DNA of 64,000 nt from Nitrospirota bacterium (GCA_963737155.1 CAVTRN010000002.1:2048001-2112000); one strand, 5' to 3'. Shown: positions 11,076-20,955, counted from the stretch's first letter. Notes: generated by a model not told the origin, from the sequence alone. Made by a program: numbers and translations.

Positions 11076-11753
11076 CTACTTTCTATCCTCTTTTTCCTCC
11101 CCTTTTTCAGGTTTTCCCTCTTGAGGTTTAGATTTTTTTGGTGTCACCTTTTGTTGTTGCTGTGAGTGCTGTGGTTGGATCTTTCCGGATTTCGGTCGCG
11201 ATTGTTGTGGTTTCGCTACCCCTCTAACTTCCGGTTTTGCCTTAGCTTTTGCTCTAACTGTTTGAGACGGCGGTTGTGATCGCGTGCGGGATTCCAAACC
11301 TTTCACACCCCAAGATTGTTGCTTCTCCCAATAGTTGCTCTTTTGCCAGCCCTTCCAGTTCTGTTGAACTTGCTGCTGAGGTATTCGCTGGTAGTTCCAC
11401 TCATGCCCATTCCAACTATGATCCCTGTAGTCATTCCTCCAACCTGAGGGTATCCCTGCATAAAAAGATGGAACCTTTTGGTAGTAGGCCCAGCCTGAGT
11501 TGTAACTCCGTGAGCGATACCAACGTCCTTCCCATGGACGCCACCACCAACCGTTGTAGAAGAAGAGGTCAGTGTCTACGTCAGGAGCCACATAGACATA
11601 CGTCTCAGGCAGTACTATCAGCGCTGGTGGTGCGGAAAATACGATTGGTGGTGGCAGAGCAATACCGACGTTTACATCTACCCCTGCCATCGTTGGAGCA
11701 GGAACTACAAATGCCATAGCTAAAACCAATGCCCCCAAAAACATCTTTTTCAT
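11076..11753 (-). CDS. Secreted Trp/Pro-rich protein (YXWGXW-repeat-like) with a low-complexity Q/K/P tail
   Basis: GGAGG RBS before ATG 11753; signal peptide MKKMFLGALVLAMAFVVPAPTMA; VGIALPPPIVFSAPP and FFYNGWWWRPWEGRWY motifs. Confidence 0.7.
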   Translation of the reverse strand: MKKMFLGALVLAMAFVVPAPTMAGVDVNVGIALPPPIVFSAPPALIVLPETYVYVAPDVDTDLFFYNGWWWRPWEGRWYRSRSYNSGWAYYQKVPSFYAGIPSGWRNDYRDHSWNGHEWNYQRIPQQQVQQNWKGWQKSNYWEKQQSWGVKGLESRTRSQPPSQTVRAKAKAKPEVRGVAKPQQSRPKSGKIQPQHSQQQQKVTPKKSKPQEGKPEKGEEKEDRK

Positions 11754-11905
11754 TTTGTCACCTCCTATACAAATCAATCCTGATGACCTGACACACAGAA
11801 GAATTACAATAACCTGACCATGGAATATTTCCCTTCCCTATGAACGACGGAAAGACCGTCAGGTTGCTCGTGTGCCTTGGCTAGTCGTGAATTTGCGTCT
11901 GTTAA

Positions 11906-13562
11906 CCTAACCCGGACAAGCCGGAACCAAGAGGTTTTATAAAAACCATGATACAATGAAGGCTCTACTCATTGTAGTCATGGAGGTTGCTATGATGATT
12001 CCTGAACGCTACCAAGATAAAATAGCCGGTTCACTATCCTGCTATGACCGCATGATCATGCAGGGCACGCTGCCCGGCTGGTGCTTCGATAAGGGGATGA
12101 CGGCATTCCTCTATGCCCGACAGATCAAGATTTTCGATTATGCCCAGTTCGCCAAAGCGCTTCAGGAAAAAGTCCGGGAGAACGCTGAGGGCCTCGCGAA
12201 TGAGAACAGCATTGAGATCGAGTTCATCCGCAAGCTGGGTGCGTTCCGTAAAGAGGCCCGGATCAAAGAAATCATCAAAGCGCGTGGCGAGCAACCCGGC
12301 CTTGTTCATATCTTCTCGGCCATGGAAGCCTGCACCAGCTACAAACCCTGGCACGACAAAAACACCGGCAAGACCTTTCTCAAGTATGATTCCGGAAAGT
12401 GTCTCCACTATTACTTCTACTTCATCGACAAGACGTTCGGCCTGTGCTACCTCCGCGTTCCCACCTGGGCACCGTTCCGGCTCCAGTTCTATATGAACGG
12501 CCACAACTGGCTGGCGGCGAAATTGGCAAAAAAGAAAATCCCCTATGTTCTTCGGGAGAACGCGTTTCTCTCTATCGATAATTTTCCCAAAGCCCAGGAG
12601 CTTTCTGACAGCATCAAGGTGTCGGACTTACACCATGCACTGGACAGATTCGCTAAACAATACTGCCCGGTCGGTAACGGGTACGGACTTACCTACCACT
12701 GGAGCACTATGCAGGTGGAATATGCCACCGACATCGTTTTCAAGAAGCAATCGGACCTGCACACGTTGTATGAGCAAATCGTTCGAACCGCCATTCACTC
12801 CGTGAAACCGGAGAATATCGCGACCTTTCTGGGTCGGAAGCTCCACGGCAATTATCAAGGCGAAATGGGCAACAACTTCAACACCCGAATTCAGGGAACA
12901 CGGATCAAGCACCATATGGGCGCTTCATCCATCAAGATGTACGACAAGTTCGGCAGCATCCTCCGGATTGAGACCACGACCAACGACGTCTCGGAGTTCA
13001 AGCACTATCGGGAAGTCCAGTCGCGGATCGGAGATCCTGTCCACAAGAACGCACCCATGAAGAAGAACATCTACAGCCTGTTTGACCTTACGGCGATCTT
13101 CAAGGCCTCGAACCGCCGTTATCTTGAGTTCATCTCCACGTTCGACGACCAAAGCGCGGGAATCAATAACCTTGATAAAATTTCAAAGACCGTGGAAACA
13201 GGCGACCGTTCCTACAAGGGCTTCAATCTCTTCAGCGACGATGATCTCAAACTGTTCGAGGTTCTCGCCCGCGGCGAGTTCAACATCAACGGACTTCAGA
13301 ATAAATCTCTACGAAAACAGCTGCCATCCGTGACGAGCAGTACCATGACGAGAATTCTGAAACGGCTTCACGTCCACGGCATTATTCGGAAAGTCGGCAA
13401 AACATACAAGTACTACGTTTCAAAACTCGGCAAGGCTGTTATCGCTGCGGGATTGACCATCCGAAATATGTCTGTAATCCCGCAACTGGCGCATGTTTAA
13501 TGCATATTCACCAAATTGTTCTACCCATTTTGAGAAGCTTTTGATTCTTTAGTTACTAATGT
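11906..13562 (+). mobile_element. 1657-bp insertion element, copy 1 (no terminal inverted repeats; CTAA at both ends)
   Basis: Near-identical to the reverse complement of 21453-23109; identity starts at CCTAACCCGG and ends at TTAGTTACTAATGT; flanks are unrelated. Confidence 0.92.
11992..13500 (+). CDS. Putative transposase, Rep_trans-like core plus C-terminal winged HTH
   Basis: Only long ORF of a duplicated element; GGAGG RBS before ATG 11992; motifs KCLHYYFYFID, QVEYATD, IKMYDK, LRIETT; wHTH-like C-terminus. Confidence 0.8.
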   Translation: MMIPERYQDKIAGSLSCYDRMIMQGTLPGWCFDKGMTAFLYARQIKIFDYAQFAKALQEKVRENAEGLANENSIEIEFIRKLGAFRKEARIKEIIKARGEQPGLVHIFSAMEACTSYKPWHDKNTGKTFLKYDSGKCLHYYFYFIDKTFGLCYLRVPTWAPFRLQFYMNGHNWLAAKLAKKKIPYVLRENAFLSIDNFPKAQELSDSIKVSDLHHALDRFAKQYCPVGNGYGLTYHWSTMQVEYATDIVFKKQSDLHTLYEQIVRTAIHSVKPENIATFLGRKLHGNYQGEMGNNFNTRIQGTRIKHHMGASSIKMYDKFGSILRIETTTNDVSEFKHYREVQSRIGDPVHKNAPMKKNIYSLFDLTAIFKASNRRYLEFISTFDDQSAGINNLDKISKTVETGDRSYKGFNLFSDDDLKLFEVLARGEFNINGLQNKSLRKQLPSVTSSTMTRILKRLHVHGIIRKVGKTYKYYVSKLGKAVIAAGLTIRNMSVIPQLAHV

Positions 13563-13618
13563 CTCTTCTCCTGGATAAAATGCTATGTTAAGTTATATCG
13601 AATTTAACCAGCAGGATT

Positions 13619-13776
13619 TCAATGGTGCTCATCATCGCCGTGTTCTTCATGATGTTCTTCATGATGATCATCATGGCCACCGTCCCCAGGTCCTCCATGG
13701 TCACCCCGCCACCAACAACCGTTGCTGGATACGAGCAACATTACACCGATTATCAATAGTCTAATTTTTTCCACAT
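13619..13776 (-). CDS. His/Asp/Glu-rich small lipoprotein-like peptide, paralog 1 (GTG start at 13774, or ATG at 13776 with a frameshift in an A6 tract)
   Basis: VEKIRLLIIGVMLLVSSNGCWWRGDHGGPGDGGHDDHHEEHHEEHGDDEHH*; homologous to 14183-14338. Confidence 0.7.
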
Positions 13777-14182
13777 AATATTGCCATCCATTGCTTTGTT
13801 TTTTTCTAGTCGAATGAATTTCCTACTGAAGTTGTGTCTTTATTTTTAAATAGATTCTTTTCAACAGGTGCCCCTTCTTCAAGGAGTTGAGTCGTGGCAC
13901 GTCATAAACTTACGCCTGTTTGCTAAATACGGAAAAACCACTTACCTTAATCTGTTGTCTTTTAACTGGATACGAAGCTACTAAGGTAAAAGGAAAATGG
14001 GGCTATTTTAAAGACTTATGATTTTCGAATATGGCAGCATCGCCGCAAGTGGCTTGTTTTACGGGCAGATCGTTGATCCCTCAGCGAAACGCCGCGTAAC
14101 TGCGTCTACCATATTTATTGTAACAGGTTGAGTCAAGTAAATGCCACTAACCTAATTGAACTTGACCGAAACCGGCCGCATT

Positions 14183-14338
14183 TTAATGGTGATCCCCATG
14201 CTCATCACCGCCGTGATCTTCATGATGTTCATCATGGTGGTGGTCGCCGCTCTCAGGTCCTCTATGGCAGCCCCAAAAACTATTGCTGGATACGACCAAC
14301 ATGACGCCGATTACCAATAGTTTAATTTTTTTCCTCAT
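14183..14338 (-). CDS. His/Asp/Glu-rich small lipoprotein-like peptide, paralog 2 (51 aa)
   Basis: MRKKIKLLVIGVMLVVSSNSFWGCHRGPESGDHHHDEHHEDHGGDEHGDHH*; signal-peptide-like N-terminus and Cys; below the 60-aa ORF-track cutoff. Confidence 0.78.
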   Translation of the reverse strand: MRKKIKLLVIGVMLVVSSNSFWGCHRGPESGDHHHDEHHEDHGGDEHGDHH

Positions 14339-14655
14339 AATATTGTCATCCATTCTTTGTTTCTGTCAGCTCGAAAAAACTTCTCTAAGGTCTCCTTTAG
14401 CCACCGCCACTGATTCATTAAAATACGTCAACCTTCTCCTGTAAGTCGCGAATCACAAACTCAACTTCAAGGCTTATATACCCATAGAATGCTGACAAAT
14501 AATGAACGAGAATAATCCATGTCAAACAATATGTTTGTAAATTAAAGTATAGCACAATATTCGTTATAAATTAATAGCATAGAACGATTTGTGTGTTGAT
14601 CTCAGTTTTCTGCATGCGCCCGATATTTGAATTACACCTTTGTTGAGTCTCTAAC

Positions 14656-14684
14656 TTGAAACAACACGAACAGTGCTCTATACT
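14656..14684 (+). promoter_or_regulatory. Sigma70-like promoter upstream of the Usp gene
   Basis: TTGAAA-17 nt-TATACT. Confidence 0.55.
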
Positions 14685-14815
14685 TAAAATAAGGGAATGG
14701 ACAATAAATGTACGTAAGACTTATAATAAATCCACACTATAACGATTTACCATTCATTGATACAAAAGAACATCGGTTTGGTTTCTCCGTGAATTATTAA
14801 AAAAGTGGAGGTCTT

Positions 14816-15265
14816 ATGATTTTAAAGATTCTTGTACCAATAGACGGTTCAAAAGTGTCACGGAAGGCGGCAAAATATGCGGTCGAGCTCGCAAAACAGA
14901 CTGGCGCATCTTTGACGCTGCTTAGTGTTATCGATAACCGCTTCTTAGTCGGTCAGTCGGTTTCGGCTTCTGCTTCACCGACCCATTTAAAAGAGTCTGT
15001 CGCAGATTATCTAAAGCAGTCAGCACAATCCTCTACGGACGAAACAGCAAAGGTTTGCGAACGGAATCGTATTCAATACAAAGCGGTAATAAGGACAGGA
15101 CATCCTGTGGAAGAAATTGTAAACGAGGCAATTAAATCGAAGGCTGACCTGATTGTTATAGGCTCCCATGGCAAAAGCGCCCTTAAAGCGGCCGTGCTCG
15201 GTAGCATTACGTACGGCGTAATGCACAAGGATACGAAAATCCCTGTGCTCATCGTGAGGCGATGA
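14816..15265 (+). CDS. Universal stress protein (UspA family)
   Basis: KILVPIDGS...GHPVEEIV...DLIVIGSHG...LGSITYGV...PVLIVR; GGAGG RBS. Confidence 0.93.
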   Translation: MILKILVPIDGSKVSRKAAKYAVELAKQTGASLTLLSVIDNRFLVGQSVSASASPTHLKESVADYLKQSAQSSTDETAKVCERNRIQYKAVIRTGHPVEEIVNEAIKSKADLIVIGSHGKSALKAAVLGSITYGVMHKDTKIPVLIVRR

Positions 15266-15414
15266 TTTACTCCCGATAGAGAAGCTCGTTCTCATTATTA
15301 AGTGAGCAGTAATTGGACTAAGGTGCTTATATTCTGTCTTTGTCGCCAGCCGACCTATTTCATATGTACTGACTACTGCATTGATGGTTTCGTAGAAGAC
15401 CTCTTTCCCAAACA

Positions 15415-15580
15415 GATGGGAAGCGTTAGCGATCAGACAGTGGGAAATATTCTAAAAGCGGCGCGGTTTGGTGCCCGCGCCCGAGCCGAAAAAAACCACC
15501 ACATGGAAAAAGTTCAGCCGGACTCATCGGGACCTGCTTGTAGCAATGGATTTCTTCACCGCGAATGTGTGGAAAAAGAG
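15415..15580 (+). pseudogene. Integrase-core (rve) transposase remnant
   Basis: VSDQTVGNILK, a frameshift, then PAPEPKKTTTWKKFSRTHRDLLVAMDFFTANVW, typical of the region ahead of the first catalytic Asp. Confidence 0.7.
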
Positions 15581-15684
15581 CCTGAATTTGTCTGCTTCCA
15601 CGCATCACAGTGGAACAATGCGGGCCTTCCAACTCATTACAATAGAATACCTTTGAAATTTAATCTTACTTCCCAAAGCTTGCG

Positions 15685-15810
15685 TCTTATGCTTATTCCC
15701 CAGCATCACGGCCTTTGCTTCATTTGCCACACGGTATTTTACAACCATCTTCGTCGGGATCTGATCCCTACCCTGTTGCTGTGAACAACCCATACGGGTC
15801 TTGCTGCTGA
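15685..15810 (-). pseudogene. HU-family DNA-binding protein C-terminal remnant
   Basis: KTRMG...IPTKMVVKYRVANEAKAVMLG resembles KARMGRNP.TGE.I.IPAK.VVKFRVAK..K..VLG. Confidence 0.5.
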
Positions 15811-16197
15811 TCTGCGGTGGACCGTATAGCAAAATTCTAGCGACGAAGTCCTCGCTGTTTCTTATATTGATAATAAATATTTATTTTGATTTTTATCGTG
15901 ACTGTGATCCTTGCGAGATTACGACATGTTGGCGTGTTCAGTTAAGAGTTCCAGTCGTTCCAGTTTCCTTAGGACAAAAGCGGAAACTGTGCTAATCTCG
16001 TCTTGACCAATGAAGATGTTGACGGTATCATGGCTTCAAAAATGGTCCCAATAATTTATCACCCTAATCAGTTGAGACATAGGGACTTATTGAGCCAGGT
16101 CTCTGGAATCTTATTGGAACAGTATTTGTAGCATTATTTAATATGTGTTATATGTGAAGGCATATCACCAATGAGGAATTTAAAAAGAGGTAGAAAG

Positions 16198-16581
16198 ATG
16201 AAACATGTTTTAATAATGGTATGTTTGTTTTTCGTTATGACAGGATGTGCATTTGCAGAAACTCACAATTGGAAATTCATCTGTGCAGTTAAAATCAAAA
16301 CTAATAATGTATTTTATTATTATGATGCCAATAGTGTTGAGGTTAAGCGAATGCTCCGCGATGTCAATGTTTTGGCGAAAGATGAAAATGGGATATCAGA
16401 GAAACTAAATAAGATGGTTTTGTGGGAGATAAATTGTGAAACAAAGCAATTTAGAGGTTTAAATTTTGTTCACTATAACGATGACGGTAGTGTAAAATCT
16501 ATCTCTGATGAACCTTCAGAATTGATTAATATTGTTCCCAAGTCTATGATGGATTTATTACAAAATATTCTCTGTAAGTAA
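16198..16581 (+). CDS. Exported surface-adhesin-E-like protein
   Basis: Signal peptide; YYYDANSV...WEINCETKQFR...HYNDDG...IVPKSMMD...ILCK pattern; AT-rich. Confidence 0.65.
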   Translation: MKHVLIMVCLFFVMTGCAFAETHNWKFICAVKIKTNNVFYYYDANSVEVKRMLRDVNVLAKDENGISEKLNKMVLWEINCETKQFRGLNFVHYNDDGSVKSISDEPSELINIVPKSMMDLLQNILCK

Positions 16582-16649
16582 AGTATAATCCTGTAATATG
16601 AGAATCAGCAATATTGACCCATAGTGGCATTGCTGTTCAATTCTTTTTA

Positions 16650-16828
16650 TTAACACGGCTTTTGCAGTCGCTGTCTACGTTTCACGCATAGTGTCGCCAC
16701 GGTGCATTCAAAACTAGATTCCGGCTGATGACCAGGCTTGTCCGGGCGGAATTGACAAGCCGCTGAATCAGCCAAAAAGTTTTCATCTTTCTACTGTTTC
16801 TCCCTTCCCCAGGCTTATCCTGGCGCGA
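16650..16828 (-). mobile_element. Group II intron 5' (domain I) fragment without an RT ORF
   Basis: Minus strand reads TCGCGCCAGGATAAGCCTGGGGAAGG...GCCCGGACAAGCCTGG...AGCCGGAATCTAGTTTTG...GTGAAACGTAGACAGCGA...AAAGCCGTG, resembling bacterial group II intron 5' ends (GTGCG start degenerate). Confidence 0.6.
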
Positions 16829-17075
16829 GATTAAAAACTTCAAATGAGAATATGCGCATTAACAACGAAGAAGAGAGTTAATCAGGTTGGTCTTGTGTTC
16901 CCTGTTTCTCCTCCCTTTCGGTTTGAGGAGTGCCCCATTTTTTAACAAATGTGGGATGTCTATGCCCCACACAGATCATACTATGTCACTCACACCTGTC
17001 AAGAATAAAACATTATGCGGCCCACCGCATAACATTTTTTTGTCTGACTTTGGTGTTCACCATATTCATCCTGCC

Positions 17076-18311
17076 TCATTTCTTCGATTCCAGGGCGTCG
17101 GTCTGTACCAATTGCGGAAATAATCGTATCCAGAGCGCCACGACGATAATTGTGCCAATGCCGCCGATCAGGACGGCAAAGACAGCGCCAAACCAGGCTG
17201 CAGTGATCCCAGACTCAAACTCTCCCAATTGGTTCGAGGTTCCGATGAACAACGAGTTAACAGCGCTTACCCGGCCCCGCATTTCGTCAGGCGTCTCGAT
17301 CTGAACCAGCGAGTGCCTGATGACTACGCTGACCACATCGGCGGCTCCAAGCACGGCAAGGGCGGCCAAGGACAGCAGGAAAGATGTCGATAGAGCGAAC
17401 ACGATGGTCGCGATGCCGAAAATCGCCACAGCATTGAACATGGTCTTGCCCACACGATGTCTGAGCGGACTGCGCGCCAGGAAAAGGGACATGGCGAGGG
17501 CACCCACTGCGGGTGCCGAACGAAGTAGGCCTAGCCCCCACGGTCCGGTCATCAGGATATCGCGCGCATAGATAGGCAAAAGGGCCGTAGCTCCGCCGAG
17601 AAGCACAGCAAAGAGGTCGAGGGATATGGCACCCAGAACCTCAGGACGGCTGCGGATGAAGGCGATGCCGGCGAACACCGATTTGATGCTCGCAGGTTCA
17701 CTCACGACGGGAGCGCGGCCGGGGCGGAGGAGACCAAGAAATACGCTCGCAGTCATGAACAGGACCCCTGCTACTGCATAGACCTCGGTCGGGCCTACCA
17801 TATACAATAGGCCACCGAGAGCCGGCCCGACAATAACCGCCGTCTGCATTGCCGACGCAGACCAAGCAACTGCTCGGGGAAAATACTCGCCGGTGACCAG
17901 TCCGGGTAGTAGCGACTGCATGGTAGGCCCTTCAAAAGCATGTACAGCGCCGACGACAAACATGATTACGAGGATGGTCTCCTTACTCTGCCAGCCAGCG
18001 GCACTTCCCCAGGCCATTGTGAAGGCGGTAAGGCCTTCAACGATCTGACAGATACGTGCAATGGTGCGGCGATCGTACCGATCTGCAGCGTGGCCCACGA
18101 CGAGCGTCAGCAGGAACATGGGCAGAAATTGCGCAAGCCCGACGAGACCCAGATATAGCGCACTGCCAGTAAGTGCGTAGATCTGCCAACCCACGGCTAC
18201 GGCTTGCATCTGGAAGGCGACCATCGTCGCTGTCCGAGCGAACCAAAATAGGATAAATTGACGTTGTCGCAGGATCGGTTGTGTTTCAACCTGATCGAAA
18301 GGAGAGGTCAT
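17076..18311 (-). CDS. MFS transporter (EntS/MFS_3-like)
   Basis: 411 aa, about 12 TM segments; GHAADRYDRR motif A; DLFAVLLGGATALLP; TPDEMRGRV. Confidence 0.92.
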   Translation of the reverse strand: MTSPFDQVETQPILRQRQFILFWFARTATMVAFQMQAVAVGWQIYALTGSALYLGLVGLAQFLPMFLLTLVVGHAADRYDRRTIARICQIVEGLTAFTMAWGSAAGWQSKETILVIMFVVGAVHAFEGPTMQSLLPGLVTGEYFPRAVAWSASAMQTAVIVGPALGGLLYMVGPTEVYAVAGVLFMTASVFLGLLRPGRAPVVSEPASIKSVFAGIAFIRSRPEVLGAISLDLFAVLLGGATALLPIYARDILMTGPWGLGLLRSAPAVGALAMSLFLARSPLRHRVGKTMFNAVAIFGIATIVFALSTSFLLSLAALAVLGAADVVSVVIRHSLVQIETPDEMRGRVSAVNSLFIGTSNQLGEFESGITAAWFGAVFAVLIGGIGTIIVVALWIRLFPQLVQTDALESKK

Positions 18312-18522
18312 GTCGTTATTTATAATATTCCTTGCAGGATACTACTACGAAGGTTTAATCATCTCTTGTTTCAAATAACTCCGTGATGCTTCTTTTCCCG
18401 ATGACATCTAGACCTCTTTCAAGGGGGACTTTTCTGATTCTGTCTGCACCGGTCAAATTCTTTGCGCATCTAACGAATTTCTGGTCATCTTCGGCCGTCT
18501 GGAGAATATGATAAATCCCGAG

Positions 18523-19053
18523 TTATCTCGTCCATGTCGTCGTTCTCCCGAGGAGATATATGCCGATGAAACCCCTTAAATTTAGTTGGCTAGGAGACAA
18601 CAGTGTCATCTGGCCGCTGTAAGTCTTTCCGTTGTCCGGGTTGTAAATCTTTCCATCCGTCCATGAGCCGGCACCGGCATACATGAAGTCGTAGAGAATC
18701 TGAAGACCAACGATAGGATATTTTCTCAGGTTCGGGTTCGGGTTGTTATGATCGAGTGCCGGCGTACCTGGCGTACCCTCCTTTGAATCAGCCGGATAAT
18801 TCGGGTCCCTAGACCAGACAATTTTGCCGCAGTACTTTACGCCGCATTTATAGATCATTATTTCTGCTTCTTTTCCCTGGGTATTCCACACTCCCAGAAT
18901 ACCATCCGAGCCGGCAGCATGGGCTGCTGCTGTCACACCCATCACCAGGACCACAAGAGATATGAATATCCGCTGACTCATTTTAAGCGTTGAAACAAGC
19001 ATTTTGAATTGTCTCCCATAAGTTGAAAATAGCATGAAGAAGGTTTCCTGCAT
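18523..19053 (-). CDS. DUF2147-family exported protein (start may be 18981)
   Basis: ILGVWNT...YCGKIVW...DHNNPNPNLR...GKIYNPDNGKTYS...LRGFIG..LLGRTTTWTR. Confidence 0.88.
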   Translation of the reverse strand: MQETFFMLFSTYGRQFKMLVSTLKMSQRIFISLVVLVMGVTAAAHAAGSDGILGVWNTQGKEAEIMIYKCGVKYCGKIVWSRDPNYPADSKEGTPGTPALDHNNPNPNLRKYPIVGLQILYDFMYAGAGSWTDGKIYNPDNGKTYSGQMTLLSPSQLNLRGFIGIYLLGRTTTWTR

Positions 19054-19600
19054 TCTCTCTCATTTCCGGGAATTCATCCCTGTAAACTGCAAATACAGAC
19101 GGGAAAGCGATATCCGCAACTGCGAGAAAATTACGGCTAAACCCGCAGACAGATATCTGCTTTAAAAGCCACGACCATAAACTAACCCGAATTCTTATTG
19201 ATCAGACGATAATTACCGAAGGATTATGCACAAGAGAGATCAATTTCAATCAGAAAGACATGATTTTCATTCCTGAAGGTCGTGACCGGGGAAATCCTCT
19301 CATTGGCGGCGAATAAAATATTTATAGTTCGTTTTTTAACTCCTCCCGCAAGAATTAAACGTGGTCCTTGACAGGTCTTTCGGCTTAGTGCCACTTACCC
19401 CTCTTCCCATCATCATATTACTTAAGACAGTAGCTTGTTGTGTTTCATTCCTTTCACGGTTGTGGAGCGGCGGGAGAATCTCACTCTTCTTCCCTGACAT
19501 CCTTGCAATTTTTTTTATTACGAAATTAGGATATTCCGGCACCTCTCAACATTAATAAAATTACACTATTTATCTCTGCCATCTGCATTTAATAACCTGC

Positions 19601-20587
19601 TTACTTCAGGAAATCTTCAAAGATATTTTTCCCATAATCAAGCACCTGGTAAAGTTGGTACATTTCACCCTTTCCAAAAGCGGGTTTTTTCTCTCGCCAT
19701 TTTTCCAGATGCCCTTCAGAACAAAAGAAGTTCATGAATGGGCAAAACGTCTTTGCGGTACATCCGCATTGTTCCCGGTTGCTGACGAATTCAACAACGC
19801 TTTCGGGAACACAGGATGCAATTTTGCAGTGCTTCACTTCGATCTTAATTTCCTTATCGCACTCAGGACAATGAGATCGAACAGAAATGTCCTCTCGAAG
19901 CATAAAATGGATACCTAGAGCGTCTGTTGCGCAGAGGGCATATACTTCATGCCCATCCTGAAAGACAACTTTATGGCGAGTTACTTTAGCAGAAAAAGGG
20001 TACGCAGAAATAATTTCGCCACCTTCCGTCGTTAGAATGTCTGCCCTATGCAGTTTTTCGACGATACGATAAGCTGATTCGAGGGATGGCAACATCATTA
20101 CCTCGGTGATCATTTTATCGGATGGGGGCTTGCCGGTCCTTCCGAACTCTTTCAGGATATATTTACGCGTCTCGTCTTCCGATTGACTCAAGCGCGCTTG
20201 CGCCACTCTTCCTTTTACCGTTTCCCCGATCAGGTCCATAAGACTTTTTGTAACTGTCTTTCTTTTAAAAGATGCGTCCCCCATTCCGCAATTTCCCTCC
20301 CTCATCGCTTTTCGAAGCGTATCAACTGATGGGACATTCGCGAGCCAGCCCGACTCGTCCTTGAACATCCTTCAGGAAAAGCCGGTGATGTCCTGCGGCT
20401 GCAATTCCTCTCCATCAAAAAAGACCGATGGCGATCCGCTGAGTTTCAGCTCTGCCGCTTTTTCATCGCTGATTCGATAAATACTTACATCAGCATGAAT
20501 CTTTTCGGCTTTTAAAGCAAGGGCAATATTCTCCTTTAACGTATCCTCGGAGCCGCATCCTTGTGATACGTAGCAGTCGATTTTCAT
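19601..20587 (-). CDS. Predicted selenoprotein: thioredoxin-like (DUF2703-like) domain with in-frame UGA, continuous with an alkylmercury lyase MerB-family domain
   Basis: ORFs 20372-20587 and 19601-20368 share one frame: ...GSPSVFFDGEELQPQDITGFS-U-RMFKDESG...VPSVDTLRKAM...; MerB motifs AYPFS, YALCATDALG, SHCPEC, TFCPFMNFF. Confidence 0.8.
20332..20370 (-). promoter_or_regulatory. Bacterial SECIS-like stem-loop just 3' of the UGA (20372-20374)
   Basis: Lower stem GGAUGUUC/GAAUGUCC, upper stem CGAGUC/GGCUCG, G-rich apical loop GGGCU starting 20 nt after the UGA. Confidence 0.75.
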
Positions 20588-20925
20588 GCTCTCTCCATTT
20601 GCGTATTCAGTTCATAAAAGATTATTAACGTCGGATTCATGATGTAACGAGGCTGAAATATGAGCAAATCACGCCATTCTTAAGACCTCGGATGAGTATA
20701 TGCTTGGTGTTTTTAGTTGTCAACGAGTTCGATTACATTACATACATATAGAATCTTGTGTATGCCGTTATAATACCATGTTGCATCTCGCTATTTTCTG
20801 CCCAATTGATCATGTCAATATTAACTCAGAACCCACATAGAAAAAGAGGAACCCTGCAAATATCAGATGCCATAAACACTTTAGGGACGAATAGTTCGCG
20901 ACTCTGAGAGAGAACACGGACTAAT

Positions 20926-20955
20926 AAAGCCTGTCCAGAATCAGGACAGGCTTTT
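20926..20955. terminator. Intrinsic terminator downstream of ssb
   Basis: AAAGCCTGTCC-agaatca-GGACAGGCTTTT hairpin. Confidence 0.75.

Noticed and set aside
19086-19317. Start-less frame DGKAISATARKLRL... resembling a LysR-type HTH
   Set aside because: Similarity too weak and no start codon
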